This document shows, in pieces, positions 1-12,929 of a stretch of DNA of 64,000 nt. Source of the stretch: Podarcis tiliguerta (lineage: Eukaryota); assembly GCA_965153285.1 (NCBI GenBank), contig OZ229118.1. One strand, written 5' to 3'. Each line of letters starts with the position of its first letter. Within the stretch, counting starts at the first letter, position 1. A program made the translations under genes and the position numbers. A model generated the notes under the pieces. That model did no database searches, was not told where the DNA came from, and worked only from the letters and a program-made list of their open reading frames with translations.

Positions 1-588
1 ATACACTGCTGATTTGTAACCTTTTCAAAATGTGGGAGTAAGAAGGAAAGCTTTTTTTCTTTTCTTTTTCCTGCACTTTGGAAGCAACCTAATCGGCAGT
101 CGCTGAACATTTCTCTCCATCATTCATAGCCATTTTCTTACTGGCCTGTTTCGTCGCATTACTGAACCAAGCGCAGCAGTGCACCCATTGTGGCGTGCCC
201 GGTATCTCATAGCAGGCAGCATTGTCAATGCATACTTAAGATGATTCCAACTGTGGCACCGTCGTTTCCTTTGCGTTAAGGGGGTTAAACCCACTCCCCT
301 TTTTTTAAGCTACAGGTATTCCCTTAGCATTTCTCCTCTATTGATTTATTGAGCCAGCGCAGCTCTGGAGAGAGTGGTACAGAAAGCCGTTTGGTCCCAC
401 TGTGCACACCTATTAGGCTCGTTGTGAAGAACAGCTCCTTGGAAAGTTCCTGAATGCCAGCATAGTTGGGAGGCACAGAGCTGAGCCTGAGAGCTAAGTA
501 GGTGCTTATTGGTGCTCCTCTGAAAAAGGAGCCTGGTAGCTCACAGGGCCTTGGAATCTTAGCTATACAGTATAGCTATACACCTATA

Positions 589-812
589 CAGTAGTACCTG
601 GTTATGAACTTAATTCGTTCTGGAGGTCCGTTCTTAACCTGAAACCGTTCTTAACCTGAGGTACCACTTTAGTTAATGGGGCCTCGCGCTGCCGCCACAC
701 CGCCGCCACATGATTTCTGTTCTCATCCTGAGGTAAAGTTCTTAACCTGAGGTACTACTTCCGGGTTAGCAGAGTGTGTAACCCCAAGTGTTTATAACCC
801 AAGGTACCACTG
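589..812. mobile_element. Non-autonomous Tc1/mariner (pogo/Tigger-like) MITE, family A copy 1
   Basis: TA|CAGTAGTACC...GGTACCACTG|TA: terminal inverted repeats with TA duplication. Homologous to 8589-8825 and 41255-41496. Confidence 0.9.
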
Positions 813-908
813 TACTGTGTAGGCTCTCTGCTGGAACCAATTAAAAGGAAACCGAGGTGGCTGGTCTGTGGCCCTTTGGAAGCTGTTGGACTACAATTTA
901 CAGCTAGG

Positions 909-1152
909 ACAGATCAGTCAGTAGATCATGAGGCTCTTAATCTCAGGGTTGTGGGTTCAAGCCCCACATTGGGCAAAAGATTCCTGCATTGCAGCGGGTT
1001 GGACTGGATGACCCTGGTGGTCTCTTCTAAACCACCATAAGACCCCAGGAACCTCCCTGAGACCCCTGGGTATAGGGTGGTTTATAAATTCAATAAATAA
1101 CATCATCATCATCAACAACAACAACAACAACTCCTAAAATTCTATTATTCTA
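909..1152 (+). mobile_element. tRNA-Lys-derived SINE with CR1-type tail, interrupted near 1030-1130 by a LINE-type 3' end with (CAT)n(CAA)n
   Basis: The head CATGAGGCTCTTAATCTCAGGGTTGTGGGTTCAAGCCCCAC resembles tRNA-Lys(CTT). The tail resumes as AATTCTATTATTCTA. Confidence 0.75.
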
Positions 1153-3201
1153 ACTCTATTGGTGATGGGAGCTGAACAAACAACACCTAAAAGGCAAAGG
1201 TTTAGCCATCTCTGGTGAGGATTGCATGTTAAATGCAGCTGTGCTATCAGGGCAGGATTTTGTTAAGGGACCCACTAAGCAGAATGAACAGGAGGGCTTC
1301 CAAAGATAGCATAGCTTGGTTGCTACAGTTTGAAGCAAGTAAAGTAATATGCATAACCATATAATGGAGGTGGGAGGTCCAGAGAAAGACTTTCTTTATA
1401 ATTAATAGAGGTTGATGCTCTCAGTATGTGGAAATTTAGCATGTGACTAACATAGCAGAGAGAAAATACCCTGAATCCACACACACAAAACTCATACCAA
1501 GCAGTTTGCCATATTTACACAAGTGTAGGGGGGCAGTACTACAAGCACATCCTTTGATGCAGATAGACGTACGCTAGCTACTAATGAAGGAAAGGGGGTA
1601 GCTCCAACAAAGGCAAGAAGGGTCTCCATATACACATCAGCAGGAAGCAACCAAGGTACCTGCAGTACAAACAGCCATATTCAGACTGTGATGCAAAATG
1701 TTACCGAGTGTTCCATCAAATGTCTGCCTTGCTTGTATCCTGCCTTGCTCCTACATCAGCCATCTTACACACACACACACATGTTTTGACCATGTTTCTC
1801 TGCAATGAAGAACTGCTTTGAAATAAAGTCATCCCAGAGAGCAATGGCTTTATACCGATTAGTATGAGATTTAGGGAACACGTGGCTTTCGGAGTTCAAA
1901 ATATTGTTTTCCTAGTTAAAACTTTCATTCTGAAGAGGGGCTTTGGATGGTAAAATAACCCTGTGTAGAAAGGTCATCTTCCCCTATTTTGGATGGCCTT
2001 TATAGACGAATGCAACATGCTGTGCTTCCTATCCAGGACCACTGTGGATTTTATACCACTTTCCATTTCACTATGGACAAACCCCCTCATGCACAGTCCA
2101 CTATGCCGCTGAATACCAATTTCTGGAAATCACCAGTGGGAGAGTGTTATTGCACTCATGTCCTGCTTGTGGTCTCCCATGAACATCTGGTCAGCCATTA
2201 TGAGAACAAGAACACTGATAGACCTCTTACATTTAGTGTGCCTGACCACTGAATTTCCTAAGCCTTTGCTCAATTTTGTGTTTTATATAACACTTTCCTA
2301 GAAGCTGATTTTTCAATAAAATATGCAACATTCCCTCCAAAATCTGTTTCACGGAATACAAAATGCAATGTGGCTTTGCTCAGCAAATTTGATGGTTCTT
2401 CTCCCATCAGAAAAAAATGGCAACTGGGGAATTGTGTTGGTAGAACAAGAGACCAATGTTTATTGGTGTTGTCCTTTTAGAAATATAAACTAGAGGGAGT
2501 CCCAAAAGGAAAATTAAGTGTTTAATGCACTCTTTGCTTTTAGCTTTTACTTCATTGGATCGTAAACCATTTGCAATAAACAGGAGAATTAGAAACTTGA
2601 ATAAAGGGCCATGAAGTCCTTTAGCATCAGATCTAAACTCCAAGGACAAATTGGGTCTTTAAGCATCGTGAAGTATAAGCCGCAACTAGATGGTCTCCTG
2701 TTGATTAATTAGCGATTTTTCCAGATCACATATTTAGATTCCAAGTGTTCATTCTTCAATGCATGTCAGCTGGATGCCAGAAAATATCTAAGGGACTGTG
2801 GGACAAAGTACTTTAGGCAGTCAATTGCTCTCACTAATCTCAAAAGACACTCTGTATTCTAACATACCATGCTAAAGTGCAGCAGCTCTTAGCCTGCAAA
2901 GCATAACCATACATGGTGCAGATTTAAAAGTATGATCTGCTACCGGTATGTTAATAGGTTTGCAGAAACAGAATAGTCTTTGGTGGAAATCCTTGCAACA
3001 AACCACCATCTACACTGCAGTCCTGTTACTAGATGGAGCCTTGTTATCAAGCACTCTTCCACCCACACATCCTCCAGTAGCATGCCTGACATTACTTGCA
3101 AGTTGTGGTAGTGTCGGTGGCTTGTATCAGCCAAGCCGGAACAGGCTATATGGGCTGTTCATTTCAAGATAGCAACTCTATGGCCAAAGTAACCAAGGGA
3201 C

Positions 3202-3392
3202 CAATGGAGGCTGGTTCACTGGGGCAAATGGGGCACTTCCCACCAACCACACTCTGCCCTTAGCCAACCCCCACTTGCCTGCTGTGTTACTTACAGCCAG
3301 TCGAGGGATAGCTCTGCTTGTCATTAGCTCCACCTACGGTTGGTCTCCCTACCTCCCACCCAACCAATCCCAATGGGTACCAGCCACCACTG
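3202..3392. mobile_element. Old non-autonomous DNA transposon (hAT-like)
   Basis: Imperfect inverted ends CAATGGAGGCTGGT / ACCAGCCACCACTG; no clear TSD. Confidence 0.45.
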
Positions 3393-3734
3393 GCTGTAGT
3401 ACTTAAATACACTAGATTTATTTAGTCTGCTATTACCACTGGTTTCTGTGTGCTCCCATTACAGCATACTGTTTTTTCCTCCATATAGAGATGATCTACA
3501 CAATATGATTTCAACAAGCACGTGTTGCAGACCTGTATTAACAATTGAAATACATAAGTGTCCTATAAAACAAAACCAAAAAACCTCACATGCAATGCAT
3601 GGGGGCACAAATTGAACAGCAGGACCAACATCATCTGCCCACAGCACATTTCCATGGGATTTTTCTTTATAAGCAGAGAAAGAGGAAACTGCAGTACATT
3701 TATTTTATTAGGAGTGCAGTTTTTAATGACTGAT

Positions 3735-3819
3735 GTTTTAGTGTGTTTTTAATATTTTGTTGGAAGCTGCCCAGAGTGGCTGGGGAAACCCAGCCAGATG
3801 GGCAGCATATAAATAATAA

Positions 3820-3864
<45 letters not shown>

Positions 3865-3872
3865 TTATTATT
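3735..3872 (+). mobile_element. L2-type LINE 3' end with (TTA)n tail microsatellite (~3819-3872)
   Basis: GAAGCTGCCCAGAGTGGCT...GATGGGCAGCATATAAATAATAAA followed by (TTA)n. Confidence 0.7.
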
Positions 3873-4026
3873 ATACAGAACTACTGTGGTTTTTTTCTTC
3901 AGGGGAGGGGCAAGTCCCTCCTTCAGTCTTTCAGGCACTCATATAGCAACCAACCAGGATCTGGCAAGAATAGACAGAATAGAAAGATTATGTACAATTA
4001 ACATATATTGACTGGGGAGTGTTTGT

Positions 4027-4027
<1 letters not shown>

Positions 4028-4065
<38 letters not shown>
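4028..4065. repeat. (GT)n microsatellite
   Basis: Seen directly. Confidence 0.98.
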
Positions 4066-4069
<4 letters not shown>

Positions 4070-5926
4070 CCAGCTAGAGAAAGATATAGCAAGGGCAATG
4101 TCTATACTGAGTGCTAATTTAAGGCTCGAATTTCCCTCCGAATATGTCAAAAACAATTTGAGGTGGACATGTTTTTATGGTTAAGTAGGTCTGTTTCTTC
4201 CTCACCGAACAAAGCTAGCAAGCATAGTGAAAAGGCATAACTGTTATTCCTAGTCGCACCAAAACTCATTAAATGAAGGTGCTTCACTGATGCAGAAAAT
4301 GTATATTGGATTGAAGGGCATAAATGAAGGGACTCGGGCGCGAATTAGAGAGCAGAATATTTAGAAGGAGCAAAGATGAAAGAAACTCCATGCATCTCAT
4401 CTGCATTGTGCTACGTAACAATAAAGCATATTGTGTAATGTGAATCAGAGGATAGTTTTGCACACATGAAACGAGCAGGGCAGAGAATGCGGCAGAGAAC
4501 CTCCCAGATAGTTTTGTCTTAAGTTGTTTCTGTGAACATCACCATGAACCTGAAGGAAAGGTTCAGCCTTTGGGATTTTTTTTTTACATCTTGGGTGCTA
4601 TGGATACAAGCAGACAGTAGCTCAGAGCATGTGCCACATGTTTATTGGATCCTGAATTTGCATTCCATTTAATTCTAATCAATTCCCCAGCCACCAAACA
4701 GACTTTATGAAGGAGAAATGGCAAGCTAGATCTGCTGCCACACCTGTTCAAACCAGGAGAATGGACTAGTATATTTACCATTTCTCCCTGTAATTTATCT
4801 TCATAAAATTGGCCTTTGCAGAAGTAAAGATCATAATAATGAGCAACAGAACAAAATGTTAAGCAAACCCATTCTAATGTTTTATGAAAGCTTCACCATT
4901 ACACCCAACAGGATCTGACTAAAATGTATGCAGGTAAAAGAGTTTGCAATACATCAAACCGAGATACCTAGATCTATAAGAATTACAAAAGCAACTATAA
5001 TTGTTTACCACTTGCTAAGATGGAATTAGGAATGGAACAAATATTGTTAAAATGGCAATGTGTTATATTTTCTGTTCCGTCCTTCCTCTCTTCAGCTGGG
5101 GTTTTGTGCCTAATTCGCCATTTTGTTCTTTTGTCAGTTTGTGGCTCTCTAAACATTAATTTGCTGTCTATTTGAATCCCATTACACTATTTTAATAGCA
5201 TTACACGTAAATCGATTCATGGCTTTGCATGTTCATGCAAGTCTTCGTTGGATTGGCTGTACAACATCAGTAGAGCAGCTAAAATATATCTGACTTTAGG
5301 GTAATATATATGTAGCATATATTGGGTGAGGAACTATTACTGCATAAACTGTCGCTGCGTATTAAGCGTTGATAAACAGTGTGCACTGGATTGTCTTAGA
5401 CAGGTTTTTAAATATTATTTCTAATGCACACTGACAGCTCAGTGCTATCCCAGCTGCACTATATGTCAGTAATCCTAGAAACCATGGCAAACTGCTTTTG
5501 TTATATTTGTAATACCGTGCCTGATCCTTTATCAGTTAAGTCAGTGGAAACATTTGTAATTAACAGTTAGATCACAGAGCCACAACTGTGTGTTATTGAT
5601 TTCATTCAGACTTGACCAAGTGAGTTTTGCATATACTTGACACTAAACATGGAAGTAGGTAATTTAACCACAGAGTCGCTACAGAGTGTTTGGGTCAGGA
5701 GACTATAACCACCAAGTAGGATTTCTAGAATGTAGGAAGTCGGGGTGGGTGAGTCTGTGGCTCATCCTAAGAATCAGCTGGGCTCTTTGGCCATTTCATT
5801 CAAAAGCTTTAAAAGTCTTAAGGATGATTAAGAATCCGAAATAGCACTTTGCAGGACCCGATTGTTGTCCTTCTATCCCCACACTATGGTGAGGGAGGAA
5901 CATTGCCTTTGGGAAAGGGAATAAGG

Positions 5927-6700
5927 TATTATTATTATTAAAAAAATACATACCACCCTTCATCCAAGGATCACAGGGTGTACAGGATGAGAAACAAAAA
6001 TACATTAACATAATGGCAAACAAAACAATCCCCCCCCCCCACCAGTTCAACAGGCCATAGAGAGTTTAATTAACCAAAAGACTGGGAGAAGACGGGTGTT
6101 TTCACCTGGCACCTAAAGATATGTAGTGAAGGCACCAGGCAAGTCTCCCTGGCGAGAGCATTCCACAAATGGGGAACCACCACAGAAAAGGCCCAGTCTC
6201 GTGTTGCCACCCTCCAGACCTCTTGCAGAGGTGGTACATGAAGAAGGGCCTCAGATGATCATCTCGGGGTTTGGGTTGGTTCATATGGAGAGAGGCAGTC
6301 CTTGAGTTATTGCGATCCTGAGCTTTTAAGGCTTTGTAGGTAAAACCCAGCAATTTGAATTGGGCACGTGGCAGCTAGGGCATTTGGGCCGGGATTGGTG
6401 TTATATGTTCAAACCATCTTGGCCCAAGGAGCAAACTGACTGCTGAATACTGTATCAGCTGAAGTTTCCAAAGTGCCTTCAGAGACAGCCCCATGTATAA
6501 CACATTGCAGTAATCTAACCTGGAGGTTACCAGAGGATAAGCAACAGAAGTTAGGCTATCCCTGTCTGGATAGGGGCGTCACTGGGCCACCAGCTGAAGC
6601 TGATGAAAGGCACTCCATCCCTCCGAGGACACCTGAGTAACAGCAATAGGTTTACCCCCAAGTTGCGTACCCACACCTTCATAGGGAGTCTTACCTCATA
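5927..6700 (-). mobile_element. 5'-truncated, decayed L2-clade LINE
   Basis: From 6533 the minus strand translates as LVTSRLDYCNVLYMGLSLKALWKLQLIQ, typical of the L2 ORF2 C-terminus. (TAA)n tail at ~5927-5940. The 5' boundary is approximate. Confidence 0.85.
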
Positions 6701-7113
6701 AAGAGCAGGTCTCATCTGAAGTGTTAGGGAGATGCAGGTGTTCCCTTTCAGCCATCTCTCCACTAAACACACATGCACAGGCCTAACTAGGCCTCCTTCA
6801 GAAGAGATCTCTCCAATTATCTCTTAACCCTGAGCTCCCATCAGCCAACCATTCTGGGTGATTTACCAGCAACATAGCAATATGTATAAGTGGTTGGTGT
6901 GTTCTGAGTTTGCATTCATTCCACCTTATGTAGGGTACAGGATTTTCTCGACAGGTAGGCGCATGTGTTAGTACTGGCACAAGGAGACAGTGTGTCCCTT
7001 TGCATTGTCACAGAAGCCCTACCTAATCTTAGCACTGATCAGGCAGCTGCCACTGTCACTATGAGGCCAAAGCTCTTCTCTTTCCCTTGAGTACAATGGA
7101 ACTTGTACAAGAG

Positions 7114-7368
7114 GATGATGATGAAGAAGAAGAGTTTGGATTTGATATCCCGCCTTTCACTCCCTTTAAGGAGTCTCAAAGCGGCTAACATTCTCCTTTC
7201 CCTTCCTCCCCCACAACAAACACTCTGTGAGGTGAGTGGGGCTGAGAGACTTCAAAGAAGTGTGACTGGCCCAAGGTCACCCAGCAGCTGCATGTGGAGG
7301 AGCGGAGACGCGAATCCGGTTCCCCATATTACAAGTCCACCACTCTTAACCACTACACCACACTGGCT
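7114..7368 (-). mobile_element. tRNA-derived CORE-type squamate SINE with (TTC)n(ATC)n tail
   Basis: Minus head AGCCAGTGTGGTGTAGTGGTTAAGAG (A box), a B-box-like GGATTCGCGTCTCC and a CORE-like GGGTGACCTTGGGCCAGTCAC. Confidence 0.85.
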
Positions 7369-7999
7369 GAACAGGATTGTGGAGGTGCTGCATGCAGCCC
7401 CTTAAGTAGCTGGACTGTTTTATTAGAGATGTTGTTCCTTTAAAGGCACATAAGCCAAACCATACATTTGTGTCCTGCATTTATGATGGAAACTAATATT
7501 TGAACTGCAGAAGGCTAACTTGATTCATGGAAGAGGGCTGCTACCTGGAGATTTTTTGAGTGTTCCCTGACTCATACGTTTGGAAAGGTTTCCACCTCCT
7601 ACTCTAAATGTTTTTTTTAGAAATGTTTAGTGAAAGTTCTACAATCGCTCCAGGCAGTGTGTTGTTGACGAGCTGCTCTAACCGTCGCACCCTTTCCCTA
7701 GAAATTTAACCCTAGATGTATTTGAGAAAATTTGCTTTTTATCTTGTCTTTTACTTTGTGACATCCCACCCACTTTCATCTTCCCTTTGAGCTCAGTGCG
7801 CACAGTAGTTTTAGCTTTCTATCGTAAAACAAACATTCTTAAATGGGAAGAAAGATGAGTGAAGAAGTAAAAACAAAGCAATTTGCAGCATGTAATGGGG
7901 AAATTGCACTGCTTTAATTGCAATGCATTTTGCTTGCTATGTCATAAGCCTACTACAAATTTAATAATAATTAAAATGCTTGGTGCTTTTCCTTACATG

Positions 8000-8150
8000 C
8001 TCTATCTCTGACAAATACCCTGTAAGATGGGCCAGTATTATTATCCCTCTATTATTACGTTGTTGAGCAATTGAAGCAGTATGGTTTCCCAAAGCCACCC
8101 ATGGCAGAGCTGAGATTCAAACCAAGTTCATAGTTTCTGCCATTAACCAT
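8000..8150 (-). mobile_element. Old MIR/CORE-like SINE fragment
   Basis: CCCTGTAAGATGGG...TATTATTATCCC...GGCAGAGCTGAGATTCAAACC. Confidence 0.5.
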
Positions 8151-8588
8151 TCTAATGCAGCTTTGCATTCTAACTTCTAGAATACCCAAGGATCGATATT
8201 CTAGTTTTGCCCCCATCCTCAATATTGAATTTTATAATGGCAATACTGGATCTGAGGAACCTGACAGCCAGTGAGTTGCACTTTCTGGACTGGGTTTAAG
8301 CAAGAAGGCAGGCAGGAGGGGTCAGCTGAAGGCAAACTAAGGTTGATGGAGCAGTGCCACATTTGCCGTAATAGACCAGCCTCCACAGAGCTACAGTCTC
8401 TCAAGGACTTTTAATTGATCAGTAGCTCTACTTTTATTGCATCAATGGATGTGGGAGAAACCTCCAAACTACAGTAAATGTCAAATAATGTTGCCTAGGA
8501 ATAAGAACTACCCACTTGATTTCCTGACTACCAGAAATTCACATTTCTGGACACAATGTTTCAACGGAAGTGACTTCCAAGTCACATA

Positions 8589-8825
8589 CAGTGGTACTTC
8601 AGGTTAAGAACTTAATTCATTCTTGAGGTCCATTCTTAACCTGAAACTTAGCCTGAGGTACCACTTTAGTTAATGGGGCCTCCAGCAGCTGCCGTGCCGC
8701 CACCACGCAATTTCTGTTCTTATCCTGAAGCAAAGTTCTTAACCCAAGGTACTATTTCTGGCTTAGCGGAGTCTGTAACCTGAAGCGTCTGTAACCTGAA
8801 GCATCTGTAACCCGAGGTACCACTG
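8589..8825. mobile_element. Mariner-type MITE, family A copy 2
   Basis: TA|CAGTGGTACTTCAGGTTA...TAACCCGAGGTACCACTG|TA. Confidence 0.9.
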
Positions 8826-11089
8826 TATTTACCTTTGAGATGTTTACGTTGTGTGACCTTGGCCCAGTCACACCCTCAAGATTTAATAGCATTTATTTAT
8901 CTCAGCGTTATTGTTTGTTCAGTGCTATGAAAAAGATGAATATTTATTCCTTCCTGCAGTAGGAGAGGGAAGTTTTACATATCCAGAACAAATATCTTGC
9001 TCAGCCTTTTGCCTTTGCTGGCTTCTGCATAGCCTTGGGAAGAGGACTTCTTTACTTTTGCAGGATTTAAGAAGAGAGTAGAGTATGCCTGGGAAATATT
9101 CCAAAAACGAGAGAAAACTGCATAGGGCTTCAGCCACACTGCTGAGATTTTGGTGATCTACAGTCAAGTAGTTTTAAAAACAAAACAAAACTAATAATCA
9201 TCCTAACCTTGTATACTAAATATCTTCTAAGGTTAATAAAAATTGTGTGAATCAGATGCTATTACCTCAGTGACCTTACTGCTATCCTTTTATTGCTCTA
9301 GGCATTTGGGGGGAAACCCAAAGTTTCTCCTACAAAACCAAAATGTCTGCTTACAGTAGTATGCAGAAGAGCCTTCAGCAAGCTGGTTTCGTCCAGGTAT
9401 TTTGGACTACTTGACAGCTGTCACCAGCCTAAGGAAGCGCTACCCACCTCGGTGTCTGCCCATAAAAGCAAACCTAGAGTGACTGACTTGAATGATATCA
9501 GCAGGTTCCAGGAACTCTCTTCCTTCTGTTGACCTTAGGGATAACCTATGAGTTTGTTGGGGCCCCGAGAGCCAGTAGGCTGAGATGCGTTGTGGGGAAG
9601 TGTGTCAGGAGAAATAATTTATATCAGTAATTATTAGTAACTTGAATTAATGGGTTTACTTACTGTGTATTTTGGTTGTTTCAGTTCACAGAATACAGCT
9701 TAGATATATATTTCTATATTAAGCTGTACAGAAGTGGTATAAAAAAAAACTTCAGCCACCACATGGCCAACAGAACATGTAAGCAATAGATTTCATTATG
9801 AAAATAATGAACTGATTTTTTTTAAAAAAAATCAGGAAACTTGGCATTCAACACAGAGATACTATAGGTTAGGTTGCCTTTCTGTTTTAGAGTTGTGATT
9901 TTAACCACTATTGCTGAGATTTTTGTTTTTATTTAGAATGTTATTTTAATGCTTTCATTTTAGTTAATTCTATTTTTTAAATTTATTTTACTCTTTTATG
10001 TTTTTCAAACAGCTCTGAGAACGTTTCTACCTTTACTATGGTAAACAACAGCTTACATGCATAGATACTTTCAGAAATCCAGCTAGGGAAGTCCCATTGT
10101 AGGAAAATTTTCTCATATAAATGGGTGGTTTCAGGAAGAACTGATCTGGCCAGAAATGGAGTATGAATGAGGCATCAGTACTAAGGACAAAAATGGAGGG
10201 GGAACCAGATCATGGCTATGTGACAGACAAATAAATATACCTCTTATGGTTTGATGCTTTCCTAGAAAATGGAAGTCAGTAAATGGCTGGCCTTTGGAAT
10301 CAGGTCTTTTCTTTATCATGTTCATCTCACAGTCCAGCTACAACACTTAAGTCTGAGCCAGCTAATTATGTCTTTATCAGGGAATACGATACTGCAGTAC
10401 TATAAAACTTATCACTTGAGTTAGGGATGGTTCACATAGAGAAAGCAAGAAAAAGCACATATCTCATTCCATACCTTTTGCTCCTTTTCCTAGTATTTTG
10501 GGTCCCCCTTTTTTGGTTTGCACTGGTTCCTATAGAAACCTGTTACCCAAACTTCACATGTTGGCATCTGTAGCAGCGCCAGTTAGACCTAATGGCTACA
10601 GGTACTTGAAGAGACTCCCCCCCTCCCAATTCACTTACCTTCCATCAGCACCTGATGTGTTCTAACAGAGCGAAACAAGACTGTTTTGGCAAAGGGAAGC
10701 TGCAGTAATGTCCTCATTTCTCTCTGATTGTCAGAGGGCAATATAAGTTGTATGGTGTTAAGCAGGCTGGAAGGGATAACTCTGTGACCTGCATGCTGCA
10801 GAGATCTATAACACCTACCTAGGCCTAGGCCTAGAACATCTTTCATAGTTCCCCATCATTTGCTCAGATTACATTACCCAACAGAGTTTTTGGTCATAAG
10901 CAACAATTTTACATTTTCTCTGCCCATATTCCTAGCTTGCCAGACCGAAACACTACTCATTATAAGCGACACTATTTTACAACCACACTTTTCCTCTGCT
11001 CACTTTCTTGGACCCAGTCAAATAGCTTGTCACATCAAAACACGTGAAAGATCAAAACTACACCAGTGCCTTAAAAAGCTTCCTTAAGT

Positions 11090-11310
11090 GCAGGTGCTCA
11101 CCTTTAAAGCTCTACACTTGGGACTAGAGTACCTTAAAGAATCAGTACCAACCTGTCTTTACAATGTGATCATCTTCAGAGACTGTCCTCCAAGTATCCC
11201 ATCAGCTGATGCAAGATAGGTGATGGCACTCAGTTGTGGTACCTCTTCTTTGAATTCCCACTCCAGGAAATCTTCACATTGCCATTCTTTTGGCACCAGG
11301 AAAAGTCCTT
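11090..11310 (+). mobile_element. Decayed L2 LINE fragment
   Basis: Similar to the reverse complement of 6100-6350 (CCTTTAAAGCTCTA...TTTGGCACCAGG). Confidence 0.5.
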
Positions 11311-12330
11311 TTGATTCTTGAATTTTCTGTATCATTGTTTTTGATTGACTTAAGTTCTCTTAAGATCCAAATCAAAATCATAAGTGTATCCTCTCTTCTC
11401 TCTTCAGCCCCTCCCCCCATTTCCTGTGAAAAGCCTCCCAAACAGCATTGGTTGGGGCATGGTGTGTGCAGCAGGGAAGGAAAACATGTCTTCTCTGAAT
11501 TTTACCTTATGATTCCAGTGATTTGGGGTTGTTCGTCTTCCCCATCCCACATTGAAGGAGGGACTCACAGGAAAGGTTTTTGAGCGTCACAGTGAGATGA
11601 AGCCGGAGACCGAAGAGGGGAGTGGAAACATATATTGTGATCCAAACTATTGTGTTTTTGACTATGTGTGTGAAAATTGCATTGGAAACTGCTGTTGAAG
11701 GTGATCTATAATTTAATCAACACTAAAATCAACCACTCCGTTACGTAGAGGAAGTGCAGGCGTGCAAAGAAGTATTCCAGTAGATAAAAAGAAATCAATT
11801 AGAATATATGCAAGAACCATCATTGTCATGCTGCAATGCTACCATCAATATGAATCTACCATTGTGCTCCATCTGGCCCAGTATTTGACAGACAGCAATC
11901 TATCAGGCTGAGTTGCTGCCCCATTTGTTACCTGAGATCTTTTTAACTGAAGACATGAAAAATTGATCCTGGAGCTTTCCACACAAAGCATGTGCTCTGC
12001 ATCACTGAACTATGACCCATTTCTCCATATGTTAGTTAGACTTGGCTTTGTCAAGGTTGCATCAGTATAGTCCAGAACTCAAAGCCACAATTGCTGGTCG
12101 TTGCTGCATTCTTCTCTGCCACTGAGTTACCAGGAAGGTTGCTGCTAGAATTCTGCATTCCTTGTTCTGAGAAGCTATAAAAACGGTTTTGAATGAACTT
12201 CCAGGAGTGAACATAAGTTGACATATGACATAAGGGAGGACAATTCCATATTTTGCAACTGCCCTTCCCTGCCCCCCCCCCGCCAATCCCTGTTTCAAGA
12301 TACCTCTCCCTGGTTGATTATTCCCTCTTA

Positions 12331-12695
12331 GGTAAGGTAAAGGGACCCCTGACCATTAGGTCCAGTCGTGACCGACTCTGGGGTTGCGGCACTCATCTCG
12401 CTTTATTGGCCGAGTGAGCCGGCGTTTGTCTGCAAACAGCTTCCGGGTCATGTGGCCAGCATGACTAAGCCGCTTCTAGCCAACCAGAGCAGCGCACGGA
12501 AACACCGTTTACCTTCCCACCGTAGCGCTTCCTATTTATCTACTTGCACTTTGATGTGCTTTCGAACTGCTAGGTTGGGAGGAGCAGGGACCAAGTGACG
12601 GGAGCTCACCCCGTCGCGGGGATTCGAACTGCCGACCTTCTGGTCGGCAAGTCCTAGGCTCTGTGGTTTAACCCACAGTGCCACCCGTGTCCCAC
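12331..12695 (-). mobile_element. Full-length Sauria SINE
   Basis: Minus head GGGACACGGGTGGCACTGTGGG and (TTACC)-type tail. Perfect 13-bp TSD TTATTCCCTCTTA at 12318-12330 and 12696-12708. Confidence 0.93.
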
Positions 12696-12825
12696 TTATT
12701 CCCTCTTATTGCATACCAAATTTCCTTTTTGATAGGACCTTTTAAATATTGTGCACAGGTAGCATTGCACTCATTTCTCGTTCACAACCTTAATCCAACG
12801 TATGTTAAATGAAAGTAACAAGATT

Positions 12826-12929
12826 ATAGCTCAGTCAGTAGACCATAAGACTCTCAAGATTGCGGGTTTGCGCTCCACACTGGACAAGAGATTCCTGCAT
12901 TCCAGCTTTACAATTCTATGATTCTATGA
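12826..12929 (+). mobile_element. tRNA-Lys/CR1-tail SINE, internally deleted
   Basis: TAGCTCAGTCAGTAGA...ATTCCTGCATT...ATTCTATGATTCTATGA. Confidence 0.75.

Noticed and set aside
909-975. tRNA-Lys-like sequence (also at 12826, 46172, 59751; tRNA-Ile-like at 34835) as tRNA genes
   Set aside because: Stems are degenerate and each runs directly into a CR1-type tail, so these are SINE heads rather than functional tRNAs.
3738-3946. ORFs with poly-Ile or poly-Leu
   Set aside because: Artefacts of the (TTA)n microsatellite.
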